The notes below the pieces were generated by a model. It did not search any database. It was not told the DNA's origin and saw nothing but the letters and a program-made list of their open reading frames with translations. Position numbers and translations under genes: made by a program. 64,000 bases of DNA from an uncultured Chroococcidiopsis sp. (GTDB taxonomy: Bacteria; Cyanobacteriota; Cyanobacteriia; Cyanobacteriales; Chroococcidiopsidaceae): NCBI GenBank assembly GCA_964248365.1, contig CAXTYC010000001.1, positions 96,001 to 160,000 on the forward strand, given 5' to 3'. Position 1 is the first letter of the stretch, and each line of letters opens with the position of its first letter. Positions 48,658-60,578 of the stretch are shown here, piece by piece.

Positions 48658-51246
48658 TCACCCAACTACAAAATTCACTAACTTTCCTGGTACAACAATC
48701 ACCTTTTTAATCTCCTTACCCTCGATGTAACGCTGGGCGATATCTGATTCACGGGCGTACTGTTCCTGTGCTTGCTTATCTGCCCCAGCTGGAACTTGAA
48801 TCGCGCCCCTCGTTTTACCCATAATCTGAATTACCAGCGTCATTTCATCAGCCACTAATGCAGCTGGATCAAACTTGCACCAAGCTTGCGTGTGGACAGA
48901 ATCAGTGTTACCCAGCAAATGCCACAATTCATCTGCAATATGGGGCGCAAACGGAGCCATGAGCAGAATTAATGTTGAAATTCCTTCTGCATAAACAGGC
49001 GAGTCTTTACAGGTAGCTTCAGCCAAGGCATTGCTCAGCTTCATCAATTCTGAAACGCCCGTATTGAATTGATATTCGCCTTCCAAGTCTTCCGTAACTT
49101 CTTTAATAGCAGTATGAATCGCTCGGCGTAAATCCTTTTCGATTTTGGATTTTGGATTTTGGATTTTGGATTGTTCTATCGCTTTGGTAGAATGTCGAGA
49201 GGCAAACTCTGTAACTAAGCGCCAAACTCGATTCAAGAAACGGAATTGCCCCTCCACATCGGCTTCATCCCACTCTAGATCTTTTTCTGGCGGTGCTTTA
49301 AACAAGATGAACATCCGAGCTGTATCTACACCGTATTTGGCAATTACATCTTCAGGGGCTACGCCATTACCCTTTGATTTTGACATGGTGGCGTAAACCA
49401 GTTGTAAAGCTTCGCCTGTCTGCGGGTCGCGTGGGTCATCTGGATTGACAAGATGGTAGGGAACCCATTTATCTTTATCAGATTTGTTGGGATTAATGTA
49501 AGTTAAACCTTGCACCATGCCTTGAGTCAAGAGGCGAGAGAAGGGTTCGTCAAAGTTCAACAAGCCGCGATCGCGTAATACTTTAGTAAAGAACCGCGAG
49601 TACAATAAGTGCAAAATCGCGTGTTCAATTCCTCCCACATACTGATCCACAGGCATCCAGTCATTCGTTTTGGCTGGATCAAACACTTGCAGCGAGTTTC
49701 TGGCATCGGGATAGCGCAAGAAATACCACGATGAATCTATAAACGTGTCCATCGTGTCTGTCTCTCTTTTAGCCAATGTGCCACAAGTCGGACAAGGCAC
49801 ATTTACCCAGCTTGACAATTGAGCCAAGGGTGAACCGCCACGCCCTGTAAATTGTATATCTTCAGGCAACTGCACGGGCAAATCTGCATCCGGTACTGGT
49901 ACTATGCCACAGCTAGGACAGTGAATCACTGGTATTGGTGCGCCCCAATATCTTTGCCGCGAAATTAACCAATCCCGCAAGCGATATTGTACTCTTGCTT
50001 TACCCCAGCCTTGTTCTTCTGCATATTTGGTGATTGCTTCCTTAGCCTCTCCTGAAGCCATGCCATTAAAAGAACCAGAATTAATCATAATTCCTGGCTC
50101 TGTATATGCCGCTTGTAGCACAGGTGTCTCACCCCTAGTATCTTCTCCAGGCGGCACAATCACCACTTTGATGGGTAGATTCTGTTCCTTAGCAAACTTG
50201 AAATCCCGTACATCATGCGCCGGAACACCCATTACTGCCCCAGTACCATACTCATACAGCACATAGTCAGCAATCCAAATCGGAATTTCTTCACCTGTGA
50301 AGGGGTTAATCGCCTTACCTCCAGTTGGAATACCCCGCTTTGGTTTATCCTCAGCAGTACGTTCTAGCTCACTTTGATTGGAAACCTCTTGAATAAAAGC
50401 GGATACTGCTGCTTGCTGCTCTTTTGTTGTCACACGCTTTGTCAATTCATGTTCTGGCGCTAAGACAACGTAGGTAACACCGTAAACCGTATCTGGGCGG
50501 GTGGTGTAAACGCCTATTTTTTCATCTATCCCCAGAATAGGAAATTCCAAGTATGCCCCTGTTGATTTACCAATCCAGTTGGCTTGCATTAGCTTGACGC
50601 GATCGGGCCAGCCTGTCAACTTGTCGAGATCCTGAAGTAATTCTTCGGCGTAGTCGGTAATCTTCAAAAACCACTGTCGCAGTAGTTTGCGCTCAACAAT
50701 CGCCCCACTGCGCCAAGAGCGTCCTTCATTGTCAACTTGCTCGTTTGCCAGTACAGTTTGGTCTATTGGGTCCCAATTAACCGCCGCTTCTTTTTGGTAA
50801 GCCAGTCCCGCTTTCAAGAACTGCAAGAAAATCCACTGTGTCCATTTGTAATAGTCTGGTGAACAAGTGGCAACTTCACGACTCCAATCAATCGATAAAC
50901 CCAATCGCTGTAATTGCGATCGCATCTGGGCAATATTTTGATATGTCCACTTTGCTGGAGGAATACCCCGTTCAATTGCTGCGTTTTCTGCGGGTAATCC
51001 AAAAGCGTCCCAACCCATAGGATGTAGTACCCGATATCCTTGCATTCGCGCTTTGCGGGCAATTACATCTGTAATTACGTAGTTACGGACGTGACCCATA
51101 TGCAGGCTGCCCGATGGATAGGGAAACATGGATAAGGCGTAGAATTTCGGCTTATCTTTGTTTTCGTCTGTTTGTGCTAAGCCAAGTTCAGCCCAGACTT
51201 GTTGCCACTTTGACTCAATTGCTGCGGGGTTATAACGGGACTCCAC
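48658..51246 (-). CDS. leuS: Leucine--tRNA ligase
   Basis: [39 protein letters not shown]. Confidence 0.98.
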   Translation of the reverse strand: MESRYNPAAIESKWQQVWAELGLAQTDENKDKPKFYALSMFPYPSGSLHMGHVRNYVITDVIARKARMQGYRVLHPMGWDAFGLPAENAAIERGIPPAKWTYQNIAQMRSQLQRLGLSIDWSREVATCSPDYYKWTQWIFLQFLKAGLAYQKEAAVNWDPIDQTVLANEQVDNEGRSWRSGAIVERKLLRQWFLKITDYAEELLQDLDKLTGWPDRVKLMQANWIGKSTGAYLEFPILGIDEKIGVYTTRPDTVYGVTYVVLAPEHELTKRVTTKEQQAAVSAFIQEVSNQSELERTAEDKPKRGIPTGGKAINPFTGEEIPIWIADYVLYEYGTGAVMGVPAHDVRDFKFAKEQNLPIKVVIVPPGEDTRGETPVLQAAYTEPGIMINSGSFNGMASGEAKEAITKYAEEQGWGKARVQYRLRDWLISRQRYWGAPIPVIHCPSCGIVPVPDADLPVQLPEDIQFTGRGGSPLAQLSSWVNVPCPTCGTLAKRETDTMDTFIDSSWYFLRYPDARNSLQVFDPAKTNDWMPVDQYVGGIEHAILHLLYSRFFTKVLRDRGLLNFDEPFSRLLTQGMVQGLTYINPNKSDKDKWVPYHLVNPDDPRDPQTGEALQLVYATMSKSKGNGVAPEDVIAKYGVDTARMFILFKAPPEKDLEWDEADVEGQFRFLNRVWRLVTEFASRHSTKAIEQSKIQNPKSKIEKDLRRAIHTAIKEVTEDLEGEYQFNTGVSELMKLSNALAEATCKDSPVYAEGISTLILLMAPFAPHIADELWHLLGNTDSVHTQAWCKFDPAALVADEMTLVIQIMGKTRGAIQVPAGADKQAQEQYARESDIAQRYIEGKEIKKVIVVPGKLVNFVVG

Positions 51247-51372
51247 GCTTTGAGACTCCTAAGTATTGCGATCGCTTCTGTTTCGCTATTGTGGCATACT
51301 CTAGGGTTAAGAGTAGCGGCTTAATTCCTTCTCCAAACGCTGGTGTTTTCATATTTCTGTTTCTAATCACCT

Positions 51373-52505
51373 ATGGATATACTTAATTTCACTGGTTTTA
51401 TCAGAGATATTGTTTACACACCAGTTCTCATCCCTAAGATTTTTACTTATGACATCAATAATTTTGACATTAATCAAACCAAACCATTTGGAATCATAAC
51501 TTTAAATTCTTTGCAAAATAATATTGCCTTTTCCAAGTGGAAATCTCCTAAACGAACTAGAACCTATCCATTTGCTATAATTTACAACACTTACCACCTA
51601 AATTCTAAGAAAGTAACAGTAATTCCTGTAATTAAAGATGAGGGTGCTGGCTCAGGTAATAATGATAGAATAAATTTATTACAGCATCTTGGATGAATTT
51701 GTTAAATGTGTATATTGTCCTCGCTTGGTATGAACAAGCGGATGTAGTAGTCAATAGCACAGATAAAATTACAAATCAAAAATTGACTACTAATTATGTT
51801 AAACAGAAAATTTTAGATATTAGCCATTACCAGTTAACAGCTTTGCACTGGAATACTACCCATTTTGAAAAAGACTTTGAAAGTATATATTTAAATGCTG
51901 TCGATAACTATGAAAGAATAGCAACCACAAAAAATGTAAAGCTGCATTCTAAATTAAAACATCTTGAAGTACTTGATAACTTTAAACAAGATGGAAAATT
52001 TGCTCTGCAAAAATTTAAGGATTATACCTTGAATAGATCTTTAGCTGCTGCTCGTAGAGAATCAATGACTAGCCATAAACTAGAATACTTAGCTGATGGT
52101 TATAAGGGAATATTTTTTATATCGAATTATTTAGGAGGAGTTTATCATTTAACCGCTGATGAAGTTCATCAGCAAGATGATATATTTACTATACAAGAAT
52201 CAAAAAATGCTAGTCAGGGGCAAATGCCATCTGAAGAGGATATTAAAGATGGTTTATTCAAGCTGATACTTTTCAGTAATTTAGAATCTCTGTTTTTAGG
52301 TGATAAAAGAGTAGAGTTTAGTACTCGGTTAAAAATTACAGGAAGTCTTAAAGGATATTTATATTTACCAAATGACATTGCTACAGTAAAAGTATTTTGT
52401 CAAAATAATAACTTTAATATAAAGCGAACTCGACTAGTTGAGTCACTAAACCTGGAAACAATACAAAACCCTAAATTAACTATCATAATTACTCCTAATG
52501 TCTAA
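51373..52505 (+). pseudogene. Putative type II restriction endonuclease split by a frameshift
   Basis: ORFs 51373-51696 and 51693-52505 join as NNDRIN-FITASW-MNLLNV if one base is restored near 51676. E-x-K motif IQESKN. AT-rich and overlaps the MTase start. Confidence 0.72.
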
Positions 52506-53310
52506 ATTAATCAAGAGTCCACTGAGATACCCTGGAGGCAAATCAAAAGTCATTAATTGTATATTGCCTTATCTTCCTTTAGACATATTTGAATTTAGAG
52601 AACCTTTTGTAGGCGGTGGCTCGGTTTTTCTCGCCGTGAAAAGTGTTTTTCATAGATTAATAAACAAATATTGGATTAACGATATTAACTTTGATTTGTA
52701 TTTGTTTTGGAAATATGCAAGAGACGATATCAATGATTTAGTAGATTCAGTAACTAAATTTAAAGAACATTATAAAGATGGTAGAGACTTATATAAATAC
52801 TTAAAAAATCAAGATAATATATATTCTGAATTTGACAATGCTGTCCGGTTTTTTATTATGAATCGGATCACTTTTTCGGGAATAATGGATTCAGGCGGTT
52901 ATTCTCAGCAGTCGTTTGAGAAAAGATTTACTCAATCATCTATTGAAAGATTAAAAAACATATCTATTTATTTGTCAAACGTTGATATTACTTGTGAAGA
53001 TTACGAAAAAGTCTTGTTACAAAATGGGGAAAAGGTATTTTTATTTCTCGATCCGCCCTATTATCAAGCTGCAAAATCAAAACTTTATGGCGTTAAAGGT
53101 GACTTACATACAAACTTCGAGCATGAAAGATTCGCTCATACTCTAAAAAAATGTGAACACAAATGGTTGCTTACTTACGATGATTGTCCAGAAATTAGAA
53201 AGCTGTTCAGTTTTGCTGACATAACCGAATTACAGGTTCAGTATGGCATGAATAACTACAAACAAAAATAATGCCGCAAAGGGCAAAGAATTATTAATTA
53301 AAAACTACTC
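52498..53310 (+). pseudogene. Dam/D12-class DNA adenine methyltransferase, C-terminally frameshifted
   Basis: SPLRYPGGKS, EPFVGGGS, NDIN, DPPY. Stops at 53271 after an A5 run (53264-53268); the conserved tail KELLIKNY is in the shifted frame. Confidence 0.8.
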
Positions 53311-53317
53311 TTGTCTT

Positions 53318-53372
53318 GGAAAGTTGGGCGAGAGTCGGGGGAACCCCGACTCTATTAATACGCCCACTTTCC
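53318..53372. repeat. Nested inverted repeat (REP-like)
   Basis: GGAAAGTtGGGCG-[AGAGTCGGGG gaa CCCCGACTCT]-attaata-CGCCCACTTTCC. Confidence 0.7.
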
Positions 53373-53502
53373 GCTGCCCTTCACTAGACTTTAAACACAA
53401 AAAAACAGAGGAATTGAAATTAGAACATATGCAAAAGACGCATCAAATATCTAATGACTTATTTTCTACAATAAAAGAGCAGATAACTATTAAAGATTCT
53501 TA

Positions 53503-53898
53503 GTGGTAAAGGTCTTTGTCTACGGAACTCTCAAACCTGGGGAGTGCAATTATCAACTCTACTGTACTGGAAAAGTAGTGGAAACCAAAAGCGCGATCGC
53601 CAGGGGTCAACTTTTTTCGCTTCCGTTTGGCTATCCAGCCATGACACCAGGAAACTCGCCAATCCTGGGTTTTGTGCTTTCTTTTTCGACTTCTGAGATT
53701 TTACATCAGCTCGATTGGTTAGAAGATTATGACCCGCAAAGACCTGCTGACCAAAACGAATATTACCGACAACTAATCGAGATTTATGACACAGCCAGAG
53801 AGCCACTAGGAACAGCTTGGGCGTACTTAATGACCGTTGAACAAGTTGAAGCCAATGGTGGGGTTCTGCTTCCCAATGGCTTTTGGAGGGGCGTTTAA
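53503..53898 (+). CDS. Gamma-glutamylcyclotransferase family protein
   Basis: VFVYGTLKPG, GYPAM, LDWLE, AWAY. Confidence 0.9.
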   Translation: MVKVFVYGTLKPGECNYQLYCTGKVVETKSAIARGQLFSLPFGYPAMTPGNSPILGFVLSFSTSEILHQLDWLEDYDPQRPADQNEYYRQLIEIYDTAREPLGTAWAYLMTVEQVEANGGVLLPNGFWRGV

Positions 53899-54006
53899 GA
53901 GGGCTGGGGGAGCCTGGGGGAGCTGGGGGAGATTGAAAGAATTAAATATTCTGTCGTGGGTCGATCTTCGTGGGTCTCCTTTAACCTTTCCCCTTTTCCC
54001 CTCTTT

Positions 54007-54594
54007 TTAATTAAATTCCCGATTCTGCCCTTGGGGGGATGCCTGCGGCTGGTTCGGTTGTTGGGGAGATGGGAACCCTGCTTTGGGAATTTCTACAACT
54101 GGGTCATTGAGTGCCACCATGAGGGGTTCAATACGGGTGGGTGATTTGGCTATTTGTAGGAATTGTCCAGTTGGCAAGACGGTTGACACAGCACCAATCA
54201 CTACGGCTGCGATCGCGCTACCTCCCCAAACTACAGCCCGACGACGAGAGCGACGGTGCATTCGTTGATAAACTTGCTCGATGGTTTGTTCTACAGGTTG
54301 TGCTGCCCGCCCTGGTATTGTCTGCATACCCATCCGCAGCTTTAACAATCGCCCATACAATCGCTGGCTTTCTGGATCGTTTGCTAGCCAGTCCTCTACT
54401 TGCCTCCTCTCGGCAGCAGTAACTTCTCCATCTAGGTAAGCACTGAGTAACTCGAAGCGATCGCGCTTCAACATATCCATAGTACCGATTGATTGATTTA
54501 CTTCACCCGTATTGCCAGCTTGGAAATCGATTTTAAAATCTGGGGTTTTAAAATCTGGGTTTGTATTGATTTGATAATTCCTATCTGCCGTCAT
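54007..54594 (-). CDS. Transmembrane anti-sigma factor
   Basis: ELLSAYLDGE and a single TM helix; downstream of the ECF sigma factor. Confidence 0.88.
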   Translation of the reverse strand: MTADRNYQINTNPDFKTPDFKIDFQAGNTGEVNQSIGTMDMLKRDRFELLSAYLDGEVTAAERRQVEDWLANDPESQRLYGRLLKLRMGMQTIPGRAAQPVEQTIEQVYQRMHRRSRRRAVVWGGSAIAAVVIGAVSTVLPTGQFLQIAKSPTRIEPLMVALNDPVVEIPKAGFPSPQQPNQPQASPQGQNREFN

Positions 54595-54747
54595 TTTAAC
54601 ATTATTAAATTAATATTATTTAAACACAATCAGTAAATATCCCTAGTTCTTCATTACTTCTAATTCTGGTATAAATAAGAGTTTTCGGCGAGTTTTTAGA
54701 AAAAACACTCATTATTACTGTGCTTTCTCATTTTTACAGGAGCTAGC

Positions 54748-55407
54748 TTACTGACCGTCGAGATAACTTTGTAACTGGGATTGGAGTCTAGCTCTAGCTC
54801 TAGCGATCCGAGATTTGACAGTTCCTAAAGAAACGTTGGTAATTTCCGCAATCTCTTCGTAAGGCATCCCTTCGATTTCTCTAAGGACAATTGTGGTGCG
54901 AAACACTTCTGGTAAATCAGCGATCGCCTCGTGCAACTGCTCATAAAATTCTCGCGTTGTCAATTCCTCTTCTGGACTAGGATTATCTCCAGCGATTTCC
55001 CAATCCATCTCGCCATCTTCTGCGGTGCGGGGTGTATCAAGCGACAAAGGACTTTTCACCCGCTTGCGTTTACGCAATTCATCGTAAAATAAGTTCGTAG
55101 CAATGCGACTTAACCAGCCCCTAAACTTAACTGGCTCGTTTAACCGTTTAATATTGCGGTAAACCCGAATCCAAATTTCTTGAGCTAAATCGGCTCTGTC
55201 TTGCCAGTCAGGAGCCAAATGGTATAGTAGCCGCTCAACATGAGGCTGATAACGGCGCAGCAGTTCGGCAAACGCCGCTTTCTCTGGGCGCAGCCCAGCT
55301 TGACAGCGCAAAATTAAATCGTAATTAGACAGCTTGTCTAGTTGCACTGGTGCTGGAGTAACAGTTGCTTTAACTGTTGACCAGCATACAGGAATTGATT
55401 GACTCAT
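54748..55407 (-). CDS. sigG: ECF sigma factor (SigG/RpoE type)
   Basis: DLAQEIWIRVY, FRGWLSRIATN, YEEIAE...GTVKSRIARAR. Probable start ATG 55407. Confidence 0.88.
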   Translation of the reverse strand: MSQSIPVCWSTVKATVTPAPVQLDKLSNYDLILRCQAGLRPEKAAFAELLRRYQPHVERLLYHLAPDWQDRADLAQEIWIRVYRNIKRLNEPVKFRGWLSRIATNLFYDELRKRKRVKSPLSLDTPRTAEDGEMDWEIAGDNPSPEEELTTREFYEQLHEAIADLPEVFRTTIVLREIEGMPYEEIAEITNVSLGTVKSRIARARARLQSQLQSYLDGQ

Positions 55408-55624
55408 AAACGCCAATGGCTTTAAAACATCCCTTCTTTATTAGACACTGCTACTAAAGGGAAGTTCCCATCTTTCAGGTAGATATCTTAGGGATGAGGG
55501 GCTAGGGACTAGGGGGCAGGGGGAGAACAAGTATGAAGTGTGAAGGTAGAAGTATGAAATTTCAACCTTTATCCTTTATCCTTCAACCTTCAACCTTTAC
55601 CCTTTTCCCTGGTTCCTCTAGCCT

Positions 55625-55813
55625 CTAGTCATCGCCTCGTGATGACGGTAAATACTGTTGGGGCTGATCGGAGAATAACAATCTCAACAAAGGTGTTGGC
55701 GTTTCTACTAGCTGGTAGCGGGAAGTACTTGGGTTGGGAGACCCAAAACCTACGCCTAAAAGCAATTTGAGGCAAAAGGTGATTGTAACAGCTAACAAGA
55801 ATTTTTCCAGCAT
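55625..55813 (-). CDS. Small hypothetical exported or membrane protein
   Basis: MLEKFLLAVTITFCLKLLLG signal-like N-terminus. Confidence 0.5.
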   Translation of the reverse strand: MLEKFLLAVTITFCLKLLLGVGFGSPNPSTSRYQLVETPTPLLRLLFSDQPQQYLPSSRGDD

Positions 55814-56166
55814 TGCGATCGTCTCCCACAACCACGCTTACTATTGCTTCGCACCACTATTTCTAGCCAAAGGAGCCAAGGTTTATCCTTACACTAATAA
55901 ACGGCGCTCATCTTTAACTCTAGTGTGCCAACTTCTATCTAAAGATGGAAGCAAAAAAAATAATATTTTAATGATTTTTTGTTGATAATATTAAAATATA
56001 TTAAAGTTAAGCAAATAAGACAGTTACCAGTTACCAGTTACCAGTGAAAAGTAGATTGTATTTCAAAAATCAAAGTTTTTACTTTCTACTATTTACCTTA
56101 CCCGCGTAGGTCACTGGTAACTGGAAAGGTAACTGATAACTGATAACTGATAACTGGAGTAGTAGT

Positions 56167-56733
56167 TCACTCTCGATTAAAATCAGTATTGTTGGGAGTG
56201 GATTGTTCAAAGTCGGGGGCGTATGCCTGGAGTAAGGTGCTGACTTGCTTTAGCACTTCTTTACCACTACTTTTGCCCAATGCTTGCCGTTCTGGGAAGA
56301 ACTCTGGACGATCCAAATTGCGGGCGATCGCTTCGTCAATTTGCTGGGTTATCAAAGCTTCCAGTTCTTCTTTAGCACGTTGACGTTGGTAGTTGGCACC
56401 TTCTTCGGTAGTGGCATACAAAGGAGGGAGGCGATTTAGGGCATAAGCAGCGATATCTCCTACATCTAGGGTATGACCACTTGTTACCTTGATTTCTGCT
56501 ACCCTGGCAATTACTTCGGTTAGCACTAACTCCTCCATCACATTGATGAACTGTTTTCGCTGTACCGCCACTACTTCACCAGTTAACAGCGCTCCCATTA
56601 ACTTATCTAGCGCCATGTACTCTTCTATTGACAGTTCAGAAGCGGTGTCACAAATTCTTCCCACTTCTGTTTCCATAGCTGGTGTCAGATAGCCGTCTTG
56701 AAGGGCTTGTTCAACAATTTCTTGAATGCTCAT
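56167..56733 (-). CDS. cdgR: ComFB-family protein, CdgR-like c-di-GMP receptor
   Basis: NVMEELV and DIAAYALNRLPPLYAT; N-terminus IVEQALQDGYLTP. Confidence 0.8.
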   Translation of the reverse strand: MSIQEIVEQALQDGYLTPAMETEVGRICDTASELSIEEYMALDKLMGALLTGEVVAVQRKQFINVMEELVLTEVIARVAEIKVTSGHTLDVGDIAAYALNRLPPLYATTEEGANYQRQRAKEELEALITQQIDEAIARNLDRPEFFPERQALGKSSGKEVLKQVSTLLQAYAPDFEQSTPNNTDFNRE

Positions 56734-56835
56734 AATGCTTCTAGACCTATCCGGCTTGCTCCTTTAGTTACTTTAACTCTGGAATGATTTGCCCTACAAG
56801 AAAAAAAAAATTAGCAAAAAGCTCTCATTCAATTC

Positions 56836-57858
56836 TTAATTCAAGCCTCGATTCCAGGGAGTTGGATCGACACTTTCCCCTTGTACATATAATCCCCAAT
56901 GCAAATGCGGACCAGTCGATGCACCAGTTGAACCTACCGCGCCAATTACTTGCCCCGCTTTGACAAAATCTCCTTCTTTAACATTTATACGACTTAGGTG
57001 GAGGAAAACGCTGGTTACGCCTTGACCGTGATCGATGCCAATCATATTACCGTGAACGCGAAATCCTTGCGATACTAGTCCTACCAAAGCCACTCGTCCA
57101 GCAGCAGGGGCAACTACGGGCGAACCCGCAGCGCCAGCGTAGTCAACGCCGCGATGGTAATAGTCGAGGGCAAACTTGCCATTATAATACCGACGTACAC
57201 CGTAAATTGTTGTGATTCTACCTCGATTTGGTCTGATAAACGGTCCATTCCAGAATTTTTGTGGTGTCACCAGCTGTTTGAGGGCTGCTACGCGCTCCAG
57301 TTCATGTTTGGTCGCTCCTAGTCCAGCTTTACCAGGACGCAAATAAATGCGTTGGATGGGAAATTTGCGATCGCCCACCCATACAGCCAAGTTTCTCACC
57401 TGCCCATCTGGACTACTGACACGCAGAAGCCTTTTCCCTGGCTTTTCTAAAGGAGTTGTCGGTAGCAAAGCACGATATACATTAGGTGCGACGGCAAAGG
57501 TGGGGTAATTTTTCTGATTGAGTCTTACCGATATACTACTAGTCGTAGGTTGCTCCGGCTTAATCAACACTGATAATGTATCCCCCAAATGGGGTTTAGT
57601 TGGAGTCACTCGAACTTCCATTGCTTGCAATGGTGTCGCCAATGTGATAAAAGAAGCGACGCTCAACCCTAACGCCAAAGTGGCTTTTAAGAGGAGTGAG
57701 GGGCAAGAAGAGGATGACCCGATGAGGCGGTGAGGAGATGGGGGGGATTTCTCTCCATCTCCCCATCTTTCCATCTCCCCATCTCCCCCTCTCCCCCTCT
57801 CCCCTGCTTTAACTGGGCAAGAAAATCCAACTTGGCACGAATGGAATTGGCTATTCAT
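56836..57858 (-). CDS. M23 family metallopeptidase
   Basis: HRGVD, HL, GASTGPHLHW. Start codon uncertain. Confidence 0.9.
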   Translation of the reverse strand: MNSQFHSCQVGFSCPVKAGERGRGGDGEMERWGDGEKSPPSPHRLIGSSSSCPSLLLKATLALGLSVASFITLATPLQAMEVRVTPTKPHLGDTLSVLIKPEQPTTSSISVRLNQKNYPTFAVAPNVYRALLPTTPLEKPGKRLLRVSSPDGQVRNLAVWVGDRKFPIQRIYLRPGKAGLGATKHELERVAALKQLVTPQKFWNGPFIRPNRGRITTIYGVRRYYNGKFALDYYHRGVDYAGAAGSPVVAPAAGRVALVGLVSQGFRVHGNMIGIDHGQGVTSVFLHLSRINVKEGDFVKAGQVIGAVGSTGASTGPHLHWGLYVQGESVDPTPWNRGLN

Positions 57859-58034
57859 AAACTTCAAGAAATTCAAGGCTGATGCGGCAGCAATTAGATT
57901 AGCGTCAAAGATTATATTCTTTCCTTGTCTTAATCGTTTTATTCACACGATCAGATATTTTGTCAATGCTCCCTTTGAAAGTGAAATATCTGTATGCTGA
58001 AGTTTATACACCTTAATAATTCTTTTAAGAAATT

Positions 58035-60368
58035 GTGCAAGAAGATTTTAGGCTAATTGTTGATTTAGTTTTAGTACTAGCTGTCGCTGCTGGGGGCGGT
58101 TTATTGGCGGCGTTATGTCGTCAACCTGTTTTGCTGGGCTACCTACTTGGTGGAATGGTGGTTGGACCTGCGGGACTAGGGCTGATCAAAGAATTAATTC
58201 AAGTAGAAACTTTGGCTCAGTTTGGAGTTGCCTTTTTATTATTTGCTCTGGGTGTAGAATTTTCTTTTGCTGAACTTAAAAAAGTTCAATTAATCAGTTT
58301 AGGCGGCGGTGGACTACAAATCGCCCTAACTATCTTAGGAACAACCCTAGTATCTCTAGTATTTGGTTGGGTAAATTCTCCCCCTCAAGGCGTGTTTCTA
58401 GGAGCAATTTTATCTCTATCTTCGACAGCGGTTGTACTCAAGTGCTTGATGGAGCGCAACGAAACCGCTACACCTCACGGGCAGGTTATGTTGGGAATTT
58501 TGGTAGTCCAAGACCTAGCCTTGGGATTGATGCTAGCAGTACTACCAGCCCTCGATCAACCGCCGGAACTACTTGGTATAGCTATACTAACAGCACTGCT
58601 GCGGATCGGCTTATTTGCAGCTGGGGCAGTAGCGGCTGGCATTTGGCTGATCCCGCGATTGCTTAGAATATTGGCTCGGACAGAAAGCCGAGAGCTATTT
58701 TTACTAGGTGTAGTGGCTCTGTGTTTAGGTATTGCCCTGTTGACAGAATATTTAGGGCTTTCAATTGAAATGGGGGCATTTGTCGCCGGACTGATGATAT
58801 CAGAGGTGGAGTATGCCGATCAAACTTTGACTTATGTAGAGCCGCTACGAGATATCTTTGCTACGCTATTTTTTGCGGCAATTGGAATGCTGATCGATCC
58901 GCTATTTTTGTGGCAAAATCTGGAATTGATTTTAGGGCTGGTGGCGTTGGTATTGGTGGGCAAGTTTTTGATTGTGATGCCCTTGGTAAAAGCTTTCCGC
59001 TATCCTTTGAAAACAGCATTGCTCGTCGGGTTGGGGCTTGCCCAAATTGGAGAATTTTCGTTTGTCTTAGCCAGTGAAGGGCGAAGTCTCGGTTTAGTTT
59101 CTCGCCGAGTATATCTCTTAATTTTGGGAACTACAGCAGTTACCCTAGTCCTCACTCCTTTTATATTAAAAATAGTACCCAAGCTGTTGAATCTACCCCT
59201 GCTGAAGTCTTTAATCGATGAGCAGGATAAACCCCAGGAAATAGCCAACGATGCACCCAGGCAAGATCATGTAGTGGTTTGTGGCTATGGAAAAGTAGGT
59301 AGCAATTTGGTGCGACTGTTGCAGGAACATCAATATCCCGTCGTGGTGATCGATCAGTCGGAAAGCCGGATTCAGCAATTACGCGAGGCGGGTGTGCCTT
59401 ATGTATATGGTAATGCTGCTAGTTTACACGTATTAGAAAAAGCAGGAGTAGAGCAAGCGCGAAGTTTGGCGATCGCCCTACCCGATCCGATGAGTAGTCG
59501 CCTGTGTCTCAAACGCGCCCTAGAGTTATTACCCGAATTAGATGTAATAGTACTGGCAAACAAAGACAAAGATATCGAACTACTCTACCAACTAGGAGCA
59601 AAAGAGGTAATACAACCAGAGTTTGAAGCTAGTTTGGAACTAGCAAACCATTTATTAACTGGGATGGGTTTACCCTCAATTACCATCCAAAAACAAATGC
59701 AGCAAATTCGCAACCACCACTATCTAGAGTTGCGCCCAGAACTTACACCTGCCCAAATTTCCCGTCAATTACAACTAGCTGCCCAAGATCTCAATAGTCG
59801 CTGGTATGCTTTACCTGAGAAATCGCCTCTAATTGGGATGACTTTGGAAGAAGCAGACATCCGCTACTTAACAGGGGTAAGTTTAATGGCAATTCGGCGG
59901 GTAACGGGTGAGGAAGTTGACTATCCAAATGCAGAAACAATTTTACAAAAGGGCGATCGCCTGTTGCTAGTAGGAGAAGCATCAGAATTAGCAGCACTGC
60001 AAGAATTGGCGAAGGGTGAAGCATATGTGCCTGAAGCTGATGCCGCTTGTCATTGGCTAATGGTGTCAGCAAATAGCCCTTTTGTTAATCAAACCCTAGC
60101 CGAACTGGATATCCGTCACGGCTATGGGGTGCAGGTACAAGCCGTTCGCCGAGATGGTAAGTTGATCCGCTTTCCCGATTGCAGTATGCACTTACAAGCC
60201 GGAGATCAATTACTTTTATGTGGTGGCTACTCTTCCTTAAATCAACTGCAAAAGTTACTCGCCCCAACCAGCCCTAACCAGGTAGCAACTTCCTCAGTTC
60301 CTGTTGTGCAAGCGGTTGAGGCAGAAGGTTTGCGCGAGTTTTTGCCGCTGGATAAATGGCGAGAATAG
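58035..60368 (+). CDS. CPA2 cation:proton antiporter with TrkA-N and TrkA-C domains (KefB-like)
   Basis: SLSSTAVV, QDL, QIGEFSFVL, VVVCGYGKVG and two RCK-C repeats. Confidence 0.93.
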   Translation: MQEDFRLIVDLVLVLAVAAGGGLLAALCRQPVLLGYLLGGMVVGPAGLGLIKELIQVETLAQFGVAFLLFALGVEFSFAELKKVQLISLGGGGLQIALTILGTTLVSLVFGWVNSPPQGVFLGAILSLSSTAVVLKCLMERNETATPHGQVMLGILVVQDLALGLMLAVLPALDQPPELLGIAILTALLRIGLFAAGAVAAGIWLIPRLLRILARTESRELFLLGVVALCLGIALLTEYLGLSIEMGAFVAGLMISEVEYADQTLTYVEPLRDIFATLFFAAIGMLIDPLFLWQNLELILGLVALVLVGKFLIVMPLVKAFRYPLKTALLVGLGLAQIGEFSFVLASEGRSLGLVSRRVYLLILGTTAVTLVLTPFILKIVPKLLNLPLLKSLIDEQDKPQEIANDAPRQDHVVVCGYGKVGSNLVRLLQEHQYPVVVIDQSESRIQQLREAGVPYVYGNAASLHVLEKAGVEQARSLAIALPDPMSSRLCLKRALELLPELDVIVLANKDKDIELLYQLGAKEVIQPEFEASLELANHLLTGMGLPSITIQKQMQQIRNHHYLELRPELTPAQISRQLQLAAQDLNSRWYALPEKSPLIGMTLEEADIRYLTGVSLMAIRRVTGEEVDYPNAETILQKGDRLLLVGEASELAALQELAKGEAYVPEADAACHWLMVSANSPFVNQTLAELDIRHGYGVQVQAVRRDGKLIRFPDCSMHLQAGDQLLLCGGYSSLNQLQKLLAPTSPNQVATSSVPVVQAVEAEGLREFLPLDKWRE

Positions 60369-60415
60369 CTTTTAGCGATTAGCGATTAGCTTTTAGCTTT
60401 TTGTCCTTTGTCCAT

Positions 60416-60518
60416 TAGACTTCTTGCAAAAGTCTTTTTTTTGTTTCTCGCAAAGGCGCAAAGCCGCAAAGTAAGAACGCAAAAAGTCCTGCGCTGCGCT
60501 TTTTCTGCAAGAAGTCTA
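60416..60518. mobile_element. MITE-like element, 103 bp, 13-bp perfect TIRs
   Basis: TAGACTTCTTGCA...TGCAAGAAGTCTA, embedded in a TGTC(C/A)TT tract. Related solo ends at 31749-31761 and 20583-20595. Confidence 0.7.
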
Positions 60519-60578
60519 TTGTCATTTGTTCTTTGTTAATGACTAATGACTGCTAACCGCTAACCGCTAACCGCTTTC

